Source: the human T2T-CHM13v2.0 reference genome, Homo sapiens
Direction: 5' to 3' (one strand)
DNA: 64,000 bases
NCBI RefSeq assembly: GCF_009914755.1
Contig: NC_060937.1
Within the stretch, counting starts at the first letter, position 1. The number at the start of each line of letters is the position of its first letter. The notes below the pieces were generated by a model, which saw nothing but the letters and a program-made list of their open reading frames with translations, made no database searches and was not told the DNA's origin. Below, in pieces: positions 29,006-46,775 of the stretch. The translations under genes and the position numbers were made by a program.

Positions 29006-30306
29006 GTAAGTACTCTTCTCAGTCTGTTTCCAGCTCACAGGAAGTGTATATAAATTAATATTCTCAACCAAGAGACATGAATTTCCTATATGACTTTTGA
29101 AAGTAAGACATACTGATAAATGGTAACTGATGACATCATTCAAGATTAAATGTGTCATATGCCACATACGCAAAATATGCATTTAATTAGTTTGCTAGTG
29201 TTGCAGTGTCTTGTCTCGAAACAGTTCAAGGCATCAAATTTAGAACTATAAACTTCATCGTCTGCTGTACATCATGAAACTGAGGTCAAGTAGAGGAAAC
29301 GTGAAAGGTGTCAGACGGAGAGGAAAGAATGATGCGGTGTGCGAATAGAAAATTAAAACCTTGCCTTGATTGTTGCCCACTCAAAATGATATTTGCCAGA
29401 TGCTAGTTTCTGGGTCTTTTAAATTTGCTGTATTAACTACTGTCTTAACAAGCTCCTCCTAATAAACCTTTATAAAGAAACTGTATACGATGCAAGGTTT
29501 TTGAAAAATGCTGTAGGAGCACGGCACCTTTACCCAAATGTGGCTGGTCAGTCTTGCAGATGAATGCTTTGGAATTAACAGATCAGTTTGCTTGTTGGTG
29601 TTGTTTTTAAACTATGGGCTGTTGCTTTTTATAGTTTCCCTAGGCTTATTTCTTTGGATTGGGAAAACCCCAGGGATACCAAATCAGAATTAATATATTA
29701 AATATTTTGTCTTACCTAAGAATGTATCTACATCCCTCTTTAGGAAGCCTCACGTACGTGTGTGTGTATTGCTATCAATGAGGCTGGTAATTTTATTTTA
29801 GACTTCAGGTCAAATTTTATAGAATTTTTAAGAAGTATATTACTGAAATAGCTGGTCAGCTGGGCTTTACTTTTTTTCTGGTGGTTTTAGGAATCTTCAG
29901 GAAATTGATTTTCTAGTTCTGGCTTAAGTGTACCTTACGCATAAACAGTAAATGCTTATATCATGAAATAAAATGAAAATAATAGCTAGCGCATGTTGAG
30001 TCCCCACCAGGAGCCAAGCAGAGCACTGCAAATATTATTTTATTGTGTTATTTTATTTTATTCTTACAAACAACCTTATAAAGTAGGTCCTCTTGGTACT
30101 CTTTTTTTAAATTGAGGAAAGAGGCCAAGTGATGTGTTCAAGGGAACTTGGACCAAACTAGTAGGCTGATTGAACTGGGATTCAAACCAGGCAGTTGAAC
30201 TTCAGAACACTGGCTCTTAAAAAGCATGATTTCTAATATTCCACTATTTTGTAATTTTTGTGACAATATGCTACATGTACTGTTCATCAAGAGGTTTCTT
30301 TCGTCC

Positions 30307-30914
<608 letters not shown>

Positions 30915-31632
30915 TTTTCTATACATTTAAAAATAGTTTTTATTCAGAAATGTTATTAAATGGGAAAGAAAAACAAATTTTATTAAATGGGTTTTAGACC
31001 TCAATATAACTTTTTTATCCCCTGCCTATAATACAAAAACATGTCCTAATTTATTAATTTTCTCCTACTTATCTTTCAAATGAGATTTGCACAGATGTAC
31101 ATGGCAGGAAACATTGAAATAAAAACCAAGGCTGTATTTCTGAAGCTTAGAAATATTTTAATGATATTTAAAAGAAATATTGTATTTAAATGATACATTT
31201 TTATTTTAGGGTTTGATATCATAAATATGCAGCAAACCTGTACTTCTCATGGTTTATTTTATTAAACACATTTCTCACTCTTCCGCATTATCTTTTCTAT
31301 ATTACTGGTTTTATTTTCCTGACAATTATTAAGGATATCTTTGTCTATATCTTAAAAATCATTGGACTCTTTCCTCAAATGGTCAAGGCTAATTTGTGTA
31401 CAAACAATAACTTAAACCTATCTTTGCGTGACTGTTTTCTGTCCTTACTATAGCTCAGTCACCTAATTCAGTGTAGTGCCATTGGAATTTCTTATTCTCT
31501 TTTCAGATTTTGATTAAACTCAGTTCAGTAATTAGGTGCTATGAGAGGCTTTCCTCTTTTTCAACCTCTTGGTGCTGCATTGGCTATTCCATTCTCATTA
31601 GCTTCTTGGAATTTCTCTTTCTGTCTCTGCCT

Positions 31633-31637
<5 letters not shown>

Positions 31638-31684
<47 letters not shown>
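31638..31684. repeat. (TC)n microsatellite
   Basis: Directly visible. Confidence 0.97.
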
Positions 31685-31689
<5 letters not shown>

Positions 31690-34173
31690 GTATTCTCATC
31701 TGTAAAACAAAGATAATAATAGCATACCTCTCACAGAATTGCTGTGAGAGTTAAGAGAGGAGAGAGAGAGAGAGAGAGATAGATGTGATTGGCACAGAGC
31801 AAACACCTTGTATTAGCTCTTATTGTGTTATATTAATTATTATTAAGATTGCTTTTTAATTCTGTATAGTATGTAAGATGTGGCTTATCTTTATAGATGC
31901 CTTTATTAGCTCTTTTCTGCAGTGGCTTAAAAATATAACACCTACAATTCACCAATTTACCTAATGTAATTAAAAGCACAAGAACCAGGGGTCATGAAAA
32001 ACAGCAGTGCTTATCCATTGGTAATATTTACAAATAACAGGCCCTTTGCATCAAGGTCTATAGAAAATATAGACTATAAAAAACCTGATATTGAGAATGA
32101 GTTGACTTCTTGAGATTAGGACTTTCTCTCCTTCATCTCTGTTTTCCCTGCAGTGCCTTTCACAAAGAAAGGTCCTCCATGATTTCAACAAAATCCAGTT
32201 GGATCAAGGAATTATCAAGGCCTGAGAATTGTAGATACCATCAGATTCTAATTACCCACAATGATAGAAAATGGGCATAAAAATGACATGACACCCACAA
32301 GAACTCAGACCTCATTTAAACAAAACACACTTGTATAAAAACTAATAAATTAACTAATATGACTTCACTTGGTTTCCGTTTATCAACACCTTCTAGTAGA
32401 GGGGATAAAAACTGGGAAGATGAATAAGCTATAAATTGGCTATCAGCACAAAATGAACTGATTTCCTAGCTCTCAAATGTCATCTTTAAAGCAATATTTT
32501 ATTTTGGCTTATTCTAGGGATAGCACTTCTCTGGCTAGCATTTGCTGGAATTTGATAATTGATGCTTCTGGTTTTGTTTGTACATGAACTTAGAGAGGAA
32601 TACGTTGTAGAATCAAAGCTTGTGGCAGGGCCAGTCCTAGATAGGCTGGGATGTGGAAGATGCCACTATAGGAATGTTCTATGTCTTTGGTGTCTTAATC
32701 AGCTGGCATAAGAATTAAGTTCCTTGAGGTCAGAAAACGTCTATGCAACTGTATCTTCTTTCCCTAGCACAGTACCTAGAAGTGAAATTCTTATGTGTAG
32801 ACCTAGTCCTTTCAGAATTAGCAAAGAAAATTGTTGTCTCAGTGGATAGAGGGAGCCTCCCAGAGGATGGAGCAAGAAAGCTCTCTTCTTCCCATTATTA
32901 TCTTACATTAATCTTACAAAAACTAGCTGCCACTAAATACCATCTCTCCCTGCAGGAGCATGTGTGTTTGGGCCCTTAGGAAGCGCAGTGAGAGACAGCG
33001 ACTTGTCACATGTTCTAGTTTAAATTTCTGGTGAGCAAATACTTGCTCTCCAATACCCAACCCCTAAGGAAAAGAGTTTAGACCTCAGAGCATGGTTTTG
33101 TTGTTCTTGCTTTGCTGCTGCTCTTGTTTTTCCTTCAGATTTGTATGCCGTGTTAATTGGATCTTCTTTGTAGATTTCCAGGACAACTCTACATAAGGCA
33201 CATCTTGGTTGCCCAAGTTAGGAAAACACAACTAAGCTCATGAACCAAGTTCCCTATACATTCCTGCTATATGCAAGGAACTCAACAGGAGCTTTGTTGA
33301 TGAGGAAAAAATGAGTGGCTTCTAGCATGGACTTGGAGTAAAGATTGCAGCAGGCACATGGCAGGCAGTATTGCACTTTATGTTCAGTGGCTAGTTCCTC
33401 TAAAAGTCCTTCCTTTCCCACCACATATCTGGGAAGATTTTTCTTCCGAGCTACAATCATTTGACAGAACTGCAATCTGTAAAGAGTTTCATCGTGTTCT
33501 GCTATTTCTCTATTTTTCCCTTTTGTTTTGCTTTTTTTCATTCGAGCTATGACTATGTTTGATGACTCCAGCATGAGCTCTTGCAGAGCCTTGAAAACTG
33601 TTTTTCAACTTTTCCCTTTAGGCTGTGTCAAACTAACTTCCTCCTTTTTATTAAAACAAAAACTAACAAATCTGAAAAAAAAAAAAATCTCCTGCAAGCT
33701 TCTAGTAATGGGTACTCCTTAGCATGATTCACCATACCAGGATGTTGAAATTTAATTACGTTATTCCCACCATTGTTTTGTTATCCAAACCACTAACTTT
33801 CTGAATGTCCAGCTTTGTTTTCTTAGATAAACCATTGCAAGTAAGAATTGATCAACATTAAGAAACTTCTTTTCAAATCATGCAAAGTTATACGACTTAA
33901 CTGATTGCTCTGGTTGAGGAAGTAGAACAGAATTGTTGTCTTAGACTTATTCTTTTTTTGTATATGACATTTACCGTTAATATTTTGGCCCAGCTATTTT
34001 TGTGTTGGGGTCTTATCATCCTCTAGGCTTATTTCCAGACTTTTCAAAATCATGTCGCACTTCTCATTCCTGGCATGTATTTGGTTTCTACTTTAGGATT
34101 TAAGCTTTATATAATAAAATATTTTCACCATTGTGGCTATTTAGTAGTTAGAAATAAACAACTACCTACTTTC

Positions 34174-36484
<2,311 letters not shown>

Positions 36485-37399
36485 AACAACTACCTACTTT
36501 CAGTCAAATTATCTCATTCTTGTTGTCAAGTTGAATGGACACTAGACAATGTAAGAAGTAAATTTCTAGGCTATACAGATTTTCCTGGGTGAGGTTGAAA
36601 AGAATATTGACCTCATCAGGTGACCTTGTCAAGATGTTTAATTTCTCTCTTCTATACTTATTATAATTTAATACATTATGGATGTTTGTTTATTTAAGTT
36701 TACTCCATTCATGAGTTATTTGGAGGATGAACTAATGTTGGTAGTGATCTCACATATTCTCAGATAGGAGATTCCAGATAAGTGCCAAGTGGTAAGAACA
36801 AAATAGAGTTCAACTGTTAAATATTAAGAAAGTGTTACTCAGTGGTTTCAGTTTGTTCAGAAATAGTGCAGGCCACCTCAGATCACCAGAATTACTTAGA
36901 TGCTTTTGTTATGCTAGCATGACCTAAAAATCTGCTTGGGAACTAAATATTTGGCGCTCTCTTTTGTTTTTGCTGACTAGTGCGTGACATCATGATTTCT
37001 GCCAGCGTGCCCTGCTTTCTGGTAATTCAGCTCTTACCCCCATTGCTCCTCTCCTTTTCACATCCTGGCTAACCTCTGATCAGCCTTCAGAACCTGCATT
37101 TTGGGCGGGGTGTCCCTGTTTTGGGTGCTCCCTTTCTACCTCGTGCTTCCATCCTAACCCTACTGGGTGGTTTGCACCTGCTTATTTATTGGTTGTTCTC
37201 CTAAACAAGACCACAAGCATCTAGAAGTCGAAACCATGTGTTACTCACTTTGGAATCTCTTGTAGAGGACCCATGCTCCATGATCCTTACAGCAAGGATG
37301 GTAAATCTGCAGTGGTGTAGGACTGTCTGTCTGTCTGCATATCTCCTAGAATGGTAAGACGGAGTGTGCTTGTGGTGATCGCTTAAAGGAACAGGGAGA

Positions 37400-37655
37400 G
37401 GCAGCATGGCACACTGTTCAAGAATAAGGACTCTGGATCCAGGCTGCCTGAGAGTAAACCCTCGCTCTGCCACTTTCTAGCTGTGTAACTTTGAAGAAGT
37501 TACTTACCCTTTCTGTGCCCAGTGCCCTTCATCCGTAGAATGAGGATAATACATACTAGGAGGCTGTTGTCAGGATTAAATGAGATAGTATACTTCAACT
37601 GTTTAGAATCATGCTAGTTCATAGTAAACACTTACTAAATGCTAGCTACTATTTT
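37400..37655 (+). mobile_element. MIR
   Basis: ctctgccactttctagctgtgtaactttg...gtcaggattaaatgagat. Confidence 0.8.
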
Positions 37656-37828
37656 TAGGGATACTGACCCTAATGCACAGTATATTAATGTATAGTATAT
37701 TACCTTATGTAATCTATTAAGGTTAGCCACAGAGAAATGTATGTTGAAATGTTGGAGACCCTAGTAGAAGAGACAATTGTTTTAAGACACTTGGCTCTCA
37801 AGTAGAAGGCACGTTTGAAGGGGACCTA

Positions 37829-38170
<342 letters not shown>

Positions 38171-38309
38171 GGCTTGTGTAATTTAAAAATTGTTGGTCAC
38201 CTCTGTCATAGCATTGAGTTAGAGATAAGTAATAATTTAAAGTTGTCAACTGGATACTCTTGGTTTAATTCTAAAATGTGCTCAGGTAGGTTACTTGAAG
38301 ACTGAATAA

Positions 38310-38543
<234 letters not shown>

Positions 38544-39364
38544 AATGTCAGATTCACTTTTGATTGACCCAAGCTTCTTTTGCTGCAAGTCCATCTGTAT
38601 ATTTTTACCTCAACACAAAGCCACGTACACCCACATCCACACACGGATTCTTGACCCATGCTTACCAATACTGGCCATGCCCTAAGGCAGCTCAGGACAG
38701 TATTTGTTATTTTAGGAATTTCCCATCTTGAAGCACAGCCTTCTCTGTGATGTCAGTTTATTCAGACTTCAAAGTCTGCATGTAAACCTGTTATTGTGCC
38801 TACTGTAACTATTATGACTCGGCGCCTCATTTCTCACTTACGGCCAAGCAAACCCCCCAATTATCCACACACGAATGGAGATCAATGGCATGGATGGTGC
38901 TAAGCAACTGATTTGGTTTTGAATTGAACTATGTGACTTTTGGAACATGAGATGTTCCTTTTACATTACAGTTTACTTTGGCTAACAAAGATTAGCCAAC
39001 ATTAGATTTAGTCCTACTGTGGATGGTTTTTAAATTTCTGTGAATAATTTTCAAGAATTAGTACTTCTGTGTAGACACTCACTGATCACTTTACACACTA
39101 TTAGAGAGGCAGGTGGTGGAGAGGAGAAGGGTGAGGTTTTGGAGTTTGACTCAGCTCAGATCCTGGCCCGGGCCAGAGTCCTGGCCCTTACTCTACTGTT
39201 ATATTAGGTAGATTGCAGTTGTCTTGACTGGATAACAGAGGCAATATTTCCTGTTCTGAATGTTAAGAGGATTAGAGAAGATAACATATTGGGGAGATAT
39301 TGGCCCAAAGATATGAAATTTCAGTTAGATAGGAGGAATAAAATATATACATAATTTAAAAATG

Positions 39365-39426
39365 TATATATATATACACACACACACACACACATATACG
39401 TGTGTGTATATATATATATATATATA
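39365..39426. repeat. Compound (TA)n(CA)n...(TG)n(TA)n microsatellite
   Basis: Directly visible. Confidence 0.9.
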
Positions 39427-39518
39427 GACCAGTTTTATAACTATTTATAAATTCATTTCAGCATTCCTGATTGCCTAAATATGTTTCCTGAATTTACCTT
39501 TGGACAATTTGTAACATA

Positions 39519-39597
39519 TTATGTTGGTGCAAAAGTAATTGCGTTTTTGTCATTGCTTTTAATAGCAAAAACTGCAATTACTTTTGCACAGACCTAA
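39519..39597. mobile_element. MADE1 (Hsmar1 mariner-derived MITE)
   Basis: ~80-bp palindrome ttatgttggtgcaaaagtaattgcg...gcaattacttttgcacagacctaa with TA TSDs. Confidence 0.95.
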
Positions 39598-40879
39598 TAT
39601 ATCTGCTTCCCTAGTTAATGAGCTAAATAAAATCCTTGAAACATGTTCATTTTAGAAAATACAAAGAAAACGTCTAGAAAGCATCCACCACAGTGACACA
39701 TGGTAGGTAATCAATCAATGTTACCTGTTATTAATATATACAATTTATAGAATTCTGAACTACCCTAATGAAAATCACAGTGCATGGAAGGATAATGGGC
39801 ATATGTCTGTTATAATCTAGCCACAGAAAAGCAGTTTTTTTGTTTAGGTACCCCCTCCCAAATGTCTTTATTTTAGGTTTCCTAAATGTAAGAATTCTCT
39901 ATGAAGTTTCCATATATAAGTAGACACTTATAACTTAAATTTTTCCATCCTACTTTAGCCACCATTTGGGAGGCACCTGTCACTATTTTGCAAGTCTTGT
40001 TGGATGCCTTGGGTAGGAAGTCCTTTGGCATCTGCCAGGCAGTGGGAGAGAACCCAGCAGAGGGGGAGGCTGAGCGTCTCATAAGAGAGACTGGACCATG
40101 GCAGCCTCAGAGAGATACGCAGGATCAGCGGGCACCCCACATAACTGGGGCCCCAAAAGAATGAGGCGTATTTTGGGGAAATGCTGATAATTGCTGTAGA
40201 ATACTTATATAAAAATAAAATCAATTCATGCAGTTATATAGATCTTAGATTATAGATTATATTTAATATAAGACAATGCACTGAAGAAAAAGTTTTATGT
40301 TAGACCAATAGAATTCAATTTTGAAATGTTAACTTTGATAATATATGAGTGTACTTTCTGGATTTTAAACTTTGTAAAAAAACCTATGTAGTTATTTTAA
40401 GGTAATTGGAAAATGCATTTTGGCTGTTACTACTCTTGATTAAAATGAGGAGCAGGACAATATGTTTGAAAAAGACACAATATTGAAGGATGACAAAAGA
40501 CCTGGCTCCTAGCTCTGTGACCTTCAGCAAGGTCGCTTCACTTCTCTGGGGATCTTAAAAGGATGAGGTGCTTTCGTTTGTTAAAACCGATCTTGCTTTG
40601 TTTTGGGAGTGGCTGCTCTTTCCTTTTTCAGCTCCAACATGCCCTGATTTTAATTGGTATCCTCACCTCTTTTTGTGCCGGAAGAAAAGGCAGCCCGAGG
40701 GCATTCAGAAAAAAATCCTGTGCCCTGAAGCTCTTGAGCCACTGAGAACTTAATGAGCCAGGGAGAGAGACAACTCCGATCTTTCTGAAATGACAACTAA
40801 AAATATGTTGCATTGATTGGGTTTTTTATAGTTATAAAATCTTTTACTTAAAGTGTACATAAAAGGATGATGGCATGAC

Positions 40880-41085
40880 AATTAAGAGCTTCGGTTTGCA
40901 ATCACAGTTATGGGTTTTAAATCCTGGGTCTACCATTTACTTGGCTGAGACATGAAGGAACAAGTAATTTAATCTCCCAGAGCCTTAGTTTCCTCATTTG
41001 TAAAATGAGGATAGTAATACCTATCTCCCAGGCTTGTGATGAAGATTGAATATGGTAATATTTGTGAAAAAATCTTAGCACACAC
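40880..41085 (+). mobile_element. MIR
   Basis: ccttagtttcctcatttgtaaaatgaggatagtaatacctatctc core. Confidence 0.78.
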
Positions 41086-42229
41086 CGAAAAGTCCTAGTA
41101 CAATGAGCTGACAGTAATAGTAGCTATTGTTAGCTACTATGGACATTGACTTGAACCACATCTGAGCGTGTTTGGGAGAACCACGGTAATGTTTACTTTG
41201 CAAAAACATGCTCTTTTTATTGTTTGATCACACTTTACTGTAATTATCAGTTTAATGTCTGACTATCCCCACTAGACTATACAATCTGGATCTGTGAGCC
41301 AGGGCCATGTCCCTCTTATCTGCCCTGAACACCTGATTAGCACAATACCTGGCATGTCATTTCTGTGTAGGTAACCAGAGGAGGTTACACCAGCTCCCCA
41401 TGGATGGCAAACCTAACTCAGAATAGGGATTTGGGTGCCAGGAAGACAAAAGCAGGAGGTGAAAGTAAGTTGTTCAGCATTCCATTTCCTTAGGATTACT
41501 CTAAATGGCTAAACTACAAGTTGAAGTATGAAATGCATCAGAATCAAGGTCTCCAGGTTGGTGTAGCCCTGGCCAGCTCAACATGAAATGAGAGCCATGG
41601 GCAACAGCCTACAGCACCACATACAGCTGGGTGGAGAGTGACTTCACCTTAGATCTTTATGGTTTCTTCTTTGAGAAAATAATAAGTGGTTATCTGTGTT
41701 TTAATTTCTGTTAGAAGTAAATTTGTTCCACATTCCTTGTTTCTAAAGCCACTCAGTGACTTTATTAATGTGTATTGAAGTTATACGCGCAGCTTTTGAT
41801 TAGTCCATCACCAAGATCCTCTAAAAACAATGTTTTCCTCCATAAATGAAGTTCTGTCCTCAACCTGAAAGTCATGGATATGGATTGGTCCAGTGTCATG
41901 TAGATTTGCAACCTTTCAGAATAATGAAGAAACTTTGGTATTAGTCATAAAGAGGGCACACTCTGAGCAGGAAGGCTGGCCGAGGGCCAGGAGGATATTG
42001 TTCACAAAAGACCTGCAACAGAGAATCTGAAATTTGGATAATCTTACCAAGGTGTTGAAATCAGCTTCTTAGTGTTACCGAAAAGGAAGAAAGATTTCCA
42101 GAGACTAAATAAGTCTCCTAATCAATGTGAAAGAATATGTGCCTTGGGAACAAACTGGAGTGGATATTATGTTCATCTCTTTCTCAACCCTGTCTTTCAA
42201 TAACACACGTCAGTTTTTTTTGATATTTT

Positions 42230-42722
42230 TAAATTTATTTTTATTTTTATTTGTGTGTGTGTGTGTGTGTGTGTACCTCTAAGTTCTAGGGTACATGTGC
42301 ACAACATGCAGGTTTGATACACAGGTTTACATGTGCCATGTTGGTTTGCTGTACCCATCAACTCGTCATTTACATTAGGTATTTCTCCTAATGCTATCCC
42401 TCCCTCCTCCCCCCACAACAGGCCCCCGTGTGTGATGTTCCCCACCCTGTGTCCAAGTGATCTCATTGTTTAATTCCCACTTGTGAGTGAGAACATGTGG
42501 TGTTTGGTTTTCTGTCCTTGTGATAGTTTGCTGAGAATAATGTTTTCCAGCTTCATCCATATCCCTGCAAAGGACATGAATTCATACTTTTTTATGGCTG
42601 TATAGTATTCCATGGTGTATATGTGCCACATTTTCTTAATCCAGTCCATCATTGATGGACATTTGGGTTGGTTCCAAGTCTTTGCTATTGTGAATAGTGC
42701 CGCAATAAACATATGAACACAT
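42230..42722 (-). mobile_element. Short L1PA 3' end with (TG)n in the tail
   Basis: L1 3' UTR and ORF2 C-terminal peptide WIKKMWHIYTMEYY. Confidence 0.93.
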
Positions 42723-43019
42723 GTCAATTTTTGCCAGATACACACGGAGAGGTGTGAATTAAAGTCACTGTTGAGTAAGTCTGTGATATGTGTCTTTCAA
42801 TAGAAAGAAGGAAAAGTCTCTGAAAGAACAAACAAGAGCCCTCACATCCAAATTGTTAAAAAAAAAATGGGGTAGATGTATGGTTTCTGAAATCATCTCC
42901 AAATGGATACTGTCTATTAAATGTTTGTCTCCAACATAATTCACACTGAAATGCAAATGGAAATGATTTTTTCCTTGGAATAGAGTGAATATGTAGTGAC
43001 TTAGATATTTTTCAAAAAG

Positions 43020-43345
<326 letters not shown>

Positions 43346-44120
43346 TTAAATATTAATATAAGCCAAACTCATGATTCCTAAATTTCTCCAGAAAGTTTCA
43401 ATATGGCTTAACATAGACCCAATTCCTCATCCGCCTGGGTAATTTATCCTGTGATTTGTAGCAATACTGTGTCTGTGTTTGTAATGCTCCTTTCAGTGAA
43501 CTCATTGTGCCAAGCTATGCTTATGATTTCTATCATCTTCATCCCCCAACTGGCCACTATTAATAATTAGATATTTATTTATTTGTAATCAACCATGGTA
43601 TCTGGCACTGGCATTCTATTTTAGTGAAGCTCAATATTTTCAGAAAAATCTCAGACCATGTTTTCAGGGCATATTTACACTAAGAGTAATATTAAGGTAT
43701 AGTTTCAGGAGAGAAGATAGCCTAACCTGTACTGGGAAAAAAACAGAGAAAAATAGAAAGCGTTATACAATTATAGTCATCCTATAATAATGTACTTCAT
43801 GCAGAATTTTTCAGTTATGCTCATTCCTTTAGTTGTCTGCAGTAAAAAGGGTGCCAACAGACAGATCTGATGCCATCTTCTAGGATTTCCAGGTGTTTCA
43901 GGGGCCAAATGACATGCACCTCCAGTTTGGCAGGCATGCTGCTTGTTGTCTGTGCATAATCTCATTAAAACAACATAAAAGCAGGGCTGATTGCAGAAAT
44001 CCGGGGCATCTTTTTCAGGTGTGTAACACAATATTTAATGAAAGTATCTTTTCTGAAACTCCCGGTCAGCACTCCTGATTTAGCCAGCTCTTTTTTCACC
44101 TGTGGACTTCGCTGCTCAGT

Positions 44121-44122
<2 letters not shown>

Positions 44123-44152
<30 letters not shown>
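44123..44152. repeat. (GT)n microsatellite
   Basis: Directly visible. Confidence 0.97.
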
Positions 44153-44155
<3 letters not shown>

Positions 44156-45780
44156 CTGAGGGTGTTTTTCCTCGCTTATACAAACCCTCTGTCTCTGCCA
44201 TTGCCCCTTAAGGGAACCCGCTGAAGTTTCTCAGATGCCAAAGCACAGTTAGTGCTCCAGGGCAGGAGGGGCTTCCCCCTAGTTATTCTGTTGCAGCTGT
44301 TCCTTGCCCCATCAGTCACCCTGATGTCCCAGGAAAGGCAACACAAGAGTGAGTAAAGAAAGGGTCACAGAGCAGCATTTCTTGTGCACGTAACTCCATC
44401 CCAAATGAAAATGCACAAGTGGGCCCCGTGTCCCTGATCAATGTGATATGTGTCTTAAAATACTGAGGTTCACTAAAATAGGATGCCAGTGCCAGGTACC
44501 ATGCATGCTTGATTAAAAGCACGCCCTGCTTCCTGCTCCCCTGGCTAGTGATGGGCCCACCCTATTACACCACCCTGCCTGCGACTCAGACCACACCAGA
44601 AAGCCTGCCCATGTGCAGAGCCAGAGTTCAGAGATAGTGACACTTCAAGTAGGCAGGGGTGCAGCAAGGCTCAGGACGAACCCAGGCAGCACTGGGTGGC
44701 CTTGATCTGATACCGAAGCCTGGCCTCAGCTCTTGAACTTGGCTCCCCTGCACCCTGAGGAAGGAACTAACCCTGGGCCCTGTCTTGCCTTCTCCTGGAC
44801 CTCTTACTTTCTTGCCTCATCTCCCCTATGGATTCTGTGCAATCAAAACAGACCCTCCGACCCTGGCTTTATTTTACACTGAAAAGCACCAAGATTTCTT
44901 TTGCCTTGCAATGGAAGTTTATGGGCCCCAAATAAGAGTTACTCTTTATAAAAACAAACAAACAAAAACCTAAAATCAACCTATTCTTCTGGAGAAAGCT
45001 AAACAAACATGAGAACACACATAGTCCCTGAAATTTTGGTGTACTTTTCTCATTCCTTGTTCTCTGGGTGAATATATCTCCCCTGAAAGGATTTCCTCTA
45101 GTCCGCTACTGCAAGTGATCTTGTTTTTTGTCCTCAGTAGCACTGTTCATACCTTTGTTTCGTGGCCTTCCCAGGGGAAGTACTGTCTTGTTTATCTTTG
45201 CATCTGCTCCTGCTGCGGTCATCGGCAGAGCACTGTCACCTGCCATATGGGAGATCCTTAATAGTAATTTATCACTAAATGATAGCTATTGATTCATTTC
45301 CCCACTAGACTGCAGCGATTAGTGACGATTTGCACATAGCACGTGCTTAATAAACATTTACTAAATTGAACTAACATGAAAGCAAAAGCAACCTTTTGTT
45401 TTCTAACTAACTACAGTCTGCCTAAATGATTTGCGCTGCAGAACAGAACAAATAGATGGAAAGCTTGGCAAGGTTAAGGCAGCGTGCAGAGGAAAGGTGC
45501 TGGCTGAGTCAGGAGACCCTGGCTGTGACTACTTTTGCTTTGACTTTGCCCCCGTGGATGCCCTCATCTCCTTTCAGGATGTTGGGATGGTCTAATGGCT
45601 ATAAAAACACTTTGGGAAGAGTTTACAGCATTTTACAGACACAAGGTGTTATTATTTCCTTTACAATTTTCAATAGCAAAAAAACATAATAAGCATTTAG
45701 TAAATGTTGACTATCAGTGTTAAATACTGTTTACTCTCCAAATAAGTGAGCTGTAATACTTGTGTAATGCTTTCTCACAG

Positions 45781-45888
45781 GTATGAATTAGGAGCCGCTC
45801 TGTTTATTGGATGGGCAGGAGCCTCACTGTGCATAATTGGTGGTGTCATATTTTGCTTTTCAATATCTGACAACAACAAAACACCCAG
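45781..45888 (+). CDS. CLDN10: Claudin-10 exon 4 ([36 protein letters not shown]), TM4
   Basis: tttctcacag| acceptor, |gtatga donor, 108 nt. Contains the claudin YELGxALFIGW motif. Confidence 0.97.
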
Positions 45889-46449
45889 GTATGAAAAAGA
45901 GACAAAAATGACCTGTTAAAAAGTAGAATGCTATCATAAATCATTACATGTGGAACAAATTACAGATAGTTCATATGATTCTTAGAAACTTCCAAAATCC
46001 GGAATTGGAAAAGGTTAGCAGTACAGTTAATTTTTTAAAGTTTTACCATTACTATATTCCAAAGAAAATTCTAACGTAGAAATAAGGGTCTGAATATGAG
46101 GACATGTTCTTCACGTTGGCCTCATCATAATTTTCCTCTAGGTAGGCAGGAATGTTGATGGCCTCTACTAAGTCTCCTAGCTTCCAGGAGGGTGAGTTTT
46201 AAAACATGGTTTTGTAAGAGGATAACTGAACAAATGACCAAGTCATGAGTTTCTTCTGCAGAGATTCTCCATCCCACTCAGAAATGACACTGAAAATACT
46301 TCTTGGGGCAAGAGGAGAGAAGAAAGCTATCTAAGAAAGAGGAAGATTTACATTTAGATATTGGCAGAGACAGGCCGAAACAGTTTCTTCCCATTTTTGT
46401 TTGCCCTATGTGTAGAATAGAATCTACCAAACTATGTTTTACCTTTCAG

Positions 46450-46564
46450 ATACACATACAACGGGGCCACATCTGTCATGTCTTCTCGGACAAAGTATCA
46501 TGGTGGAGAAGATTTTAAAACAACAAACCCTTCAAAACAGTTTGATAAAAATGCTTATGTCTAA
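46450..46564 (+). CDS. CLDN10: Claudin-10 exon 5 coding part (YTYNGATSVMSSRTKYHGGEDFKTTNPSKQFDKNAYV*)
   Basis: acctttcag| acceptor, TAA at 46562-46564, C-terminal YV PDZ ligand. Total CDS 687 nt. Confidence 0.97.
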
Positions 46565-46766
46565 AAGAGCTCGCTGGCAAGCTGCCTCTTGAGTTTGTTA
46601 TAAAAGCGAACTGTTCACAAAATGATCCCATCAAGGCCCTCCCATAATTAACACTCAAAACTATTTTTAAAATATGCATTTGAAGCATCTGTTGATTGTA
46701 TGGATGTAAGTGTTCTTACATAGTTAGTTATATACTAATCATTTTCTGTTGTGGCTTTCTATAAAA

Positions 46767-46772
46767 AATAAA
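46767..46772 (+). terminator. CLDN10: Proximal CLDN10 poly(A) signal AATAAA
   Basis: First AATAAA ~200 nt after the stop codon, followed by U/GU-rich sequence (ggatttgtaaaatgttttct). Confidence 0.65.
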
Positions 46773-46775
46773 CAG

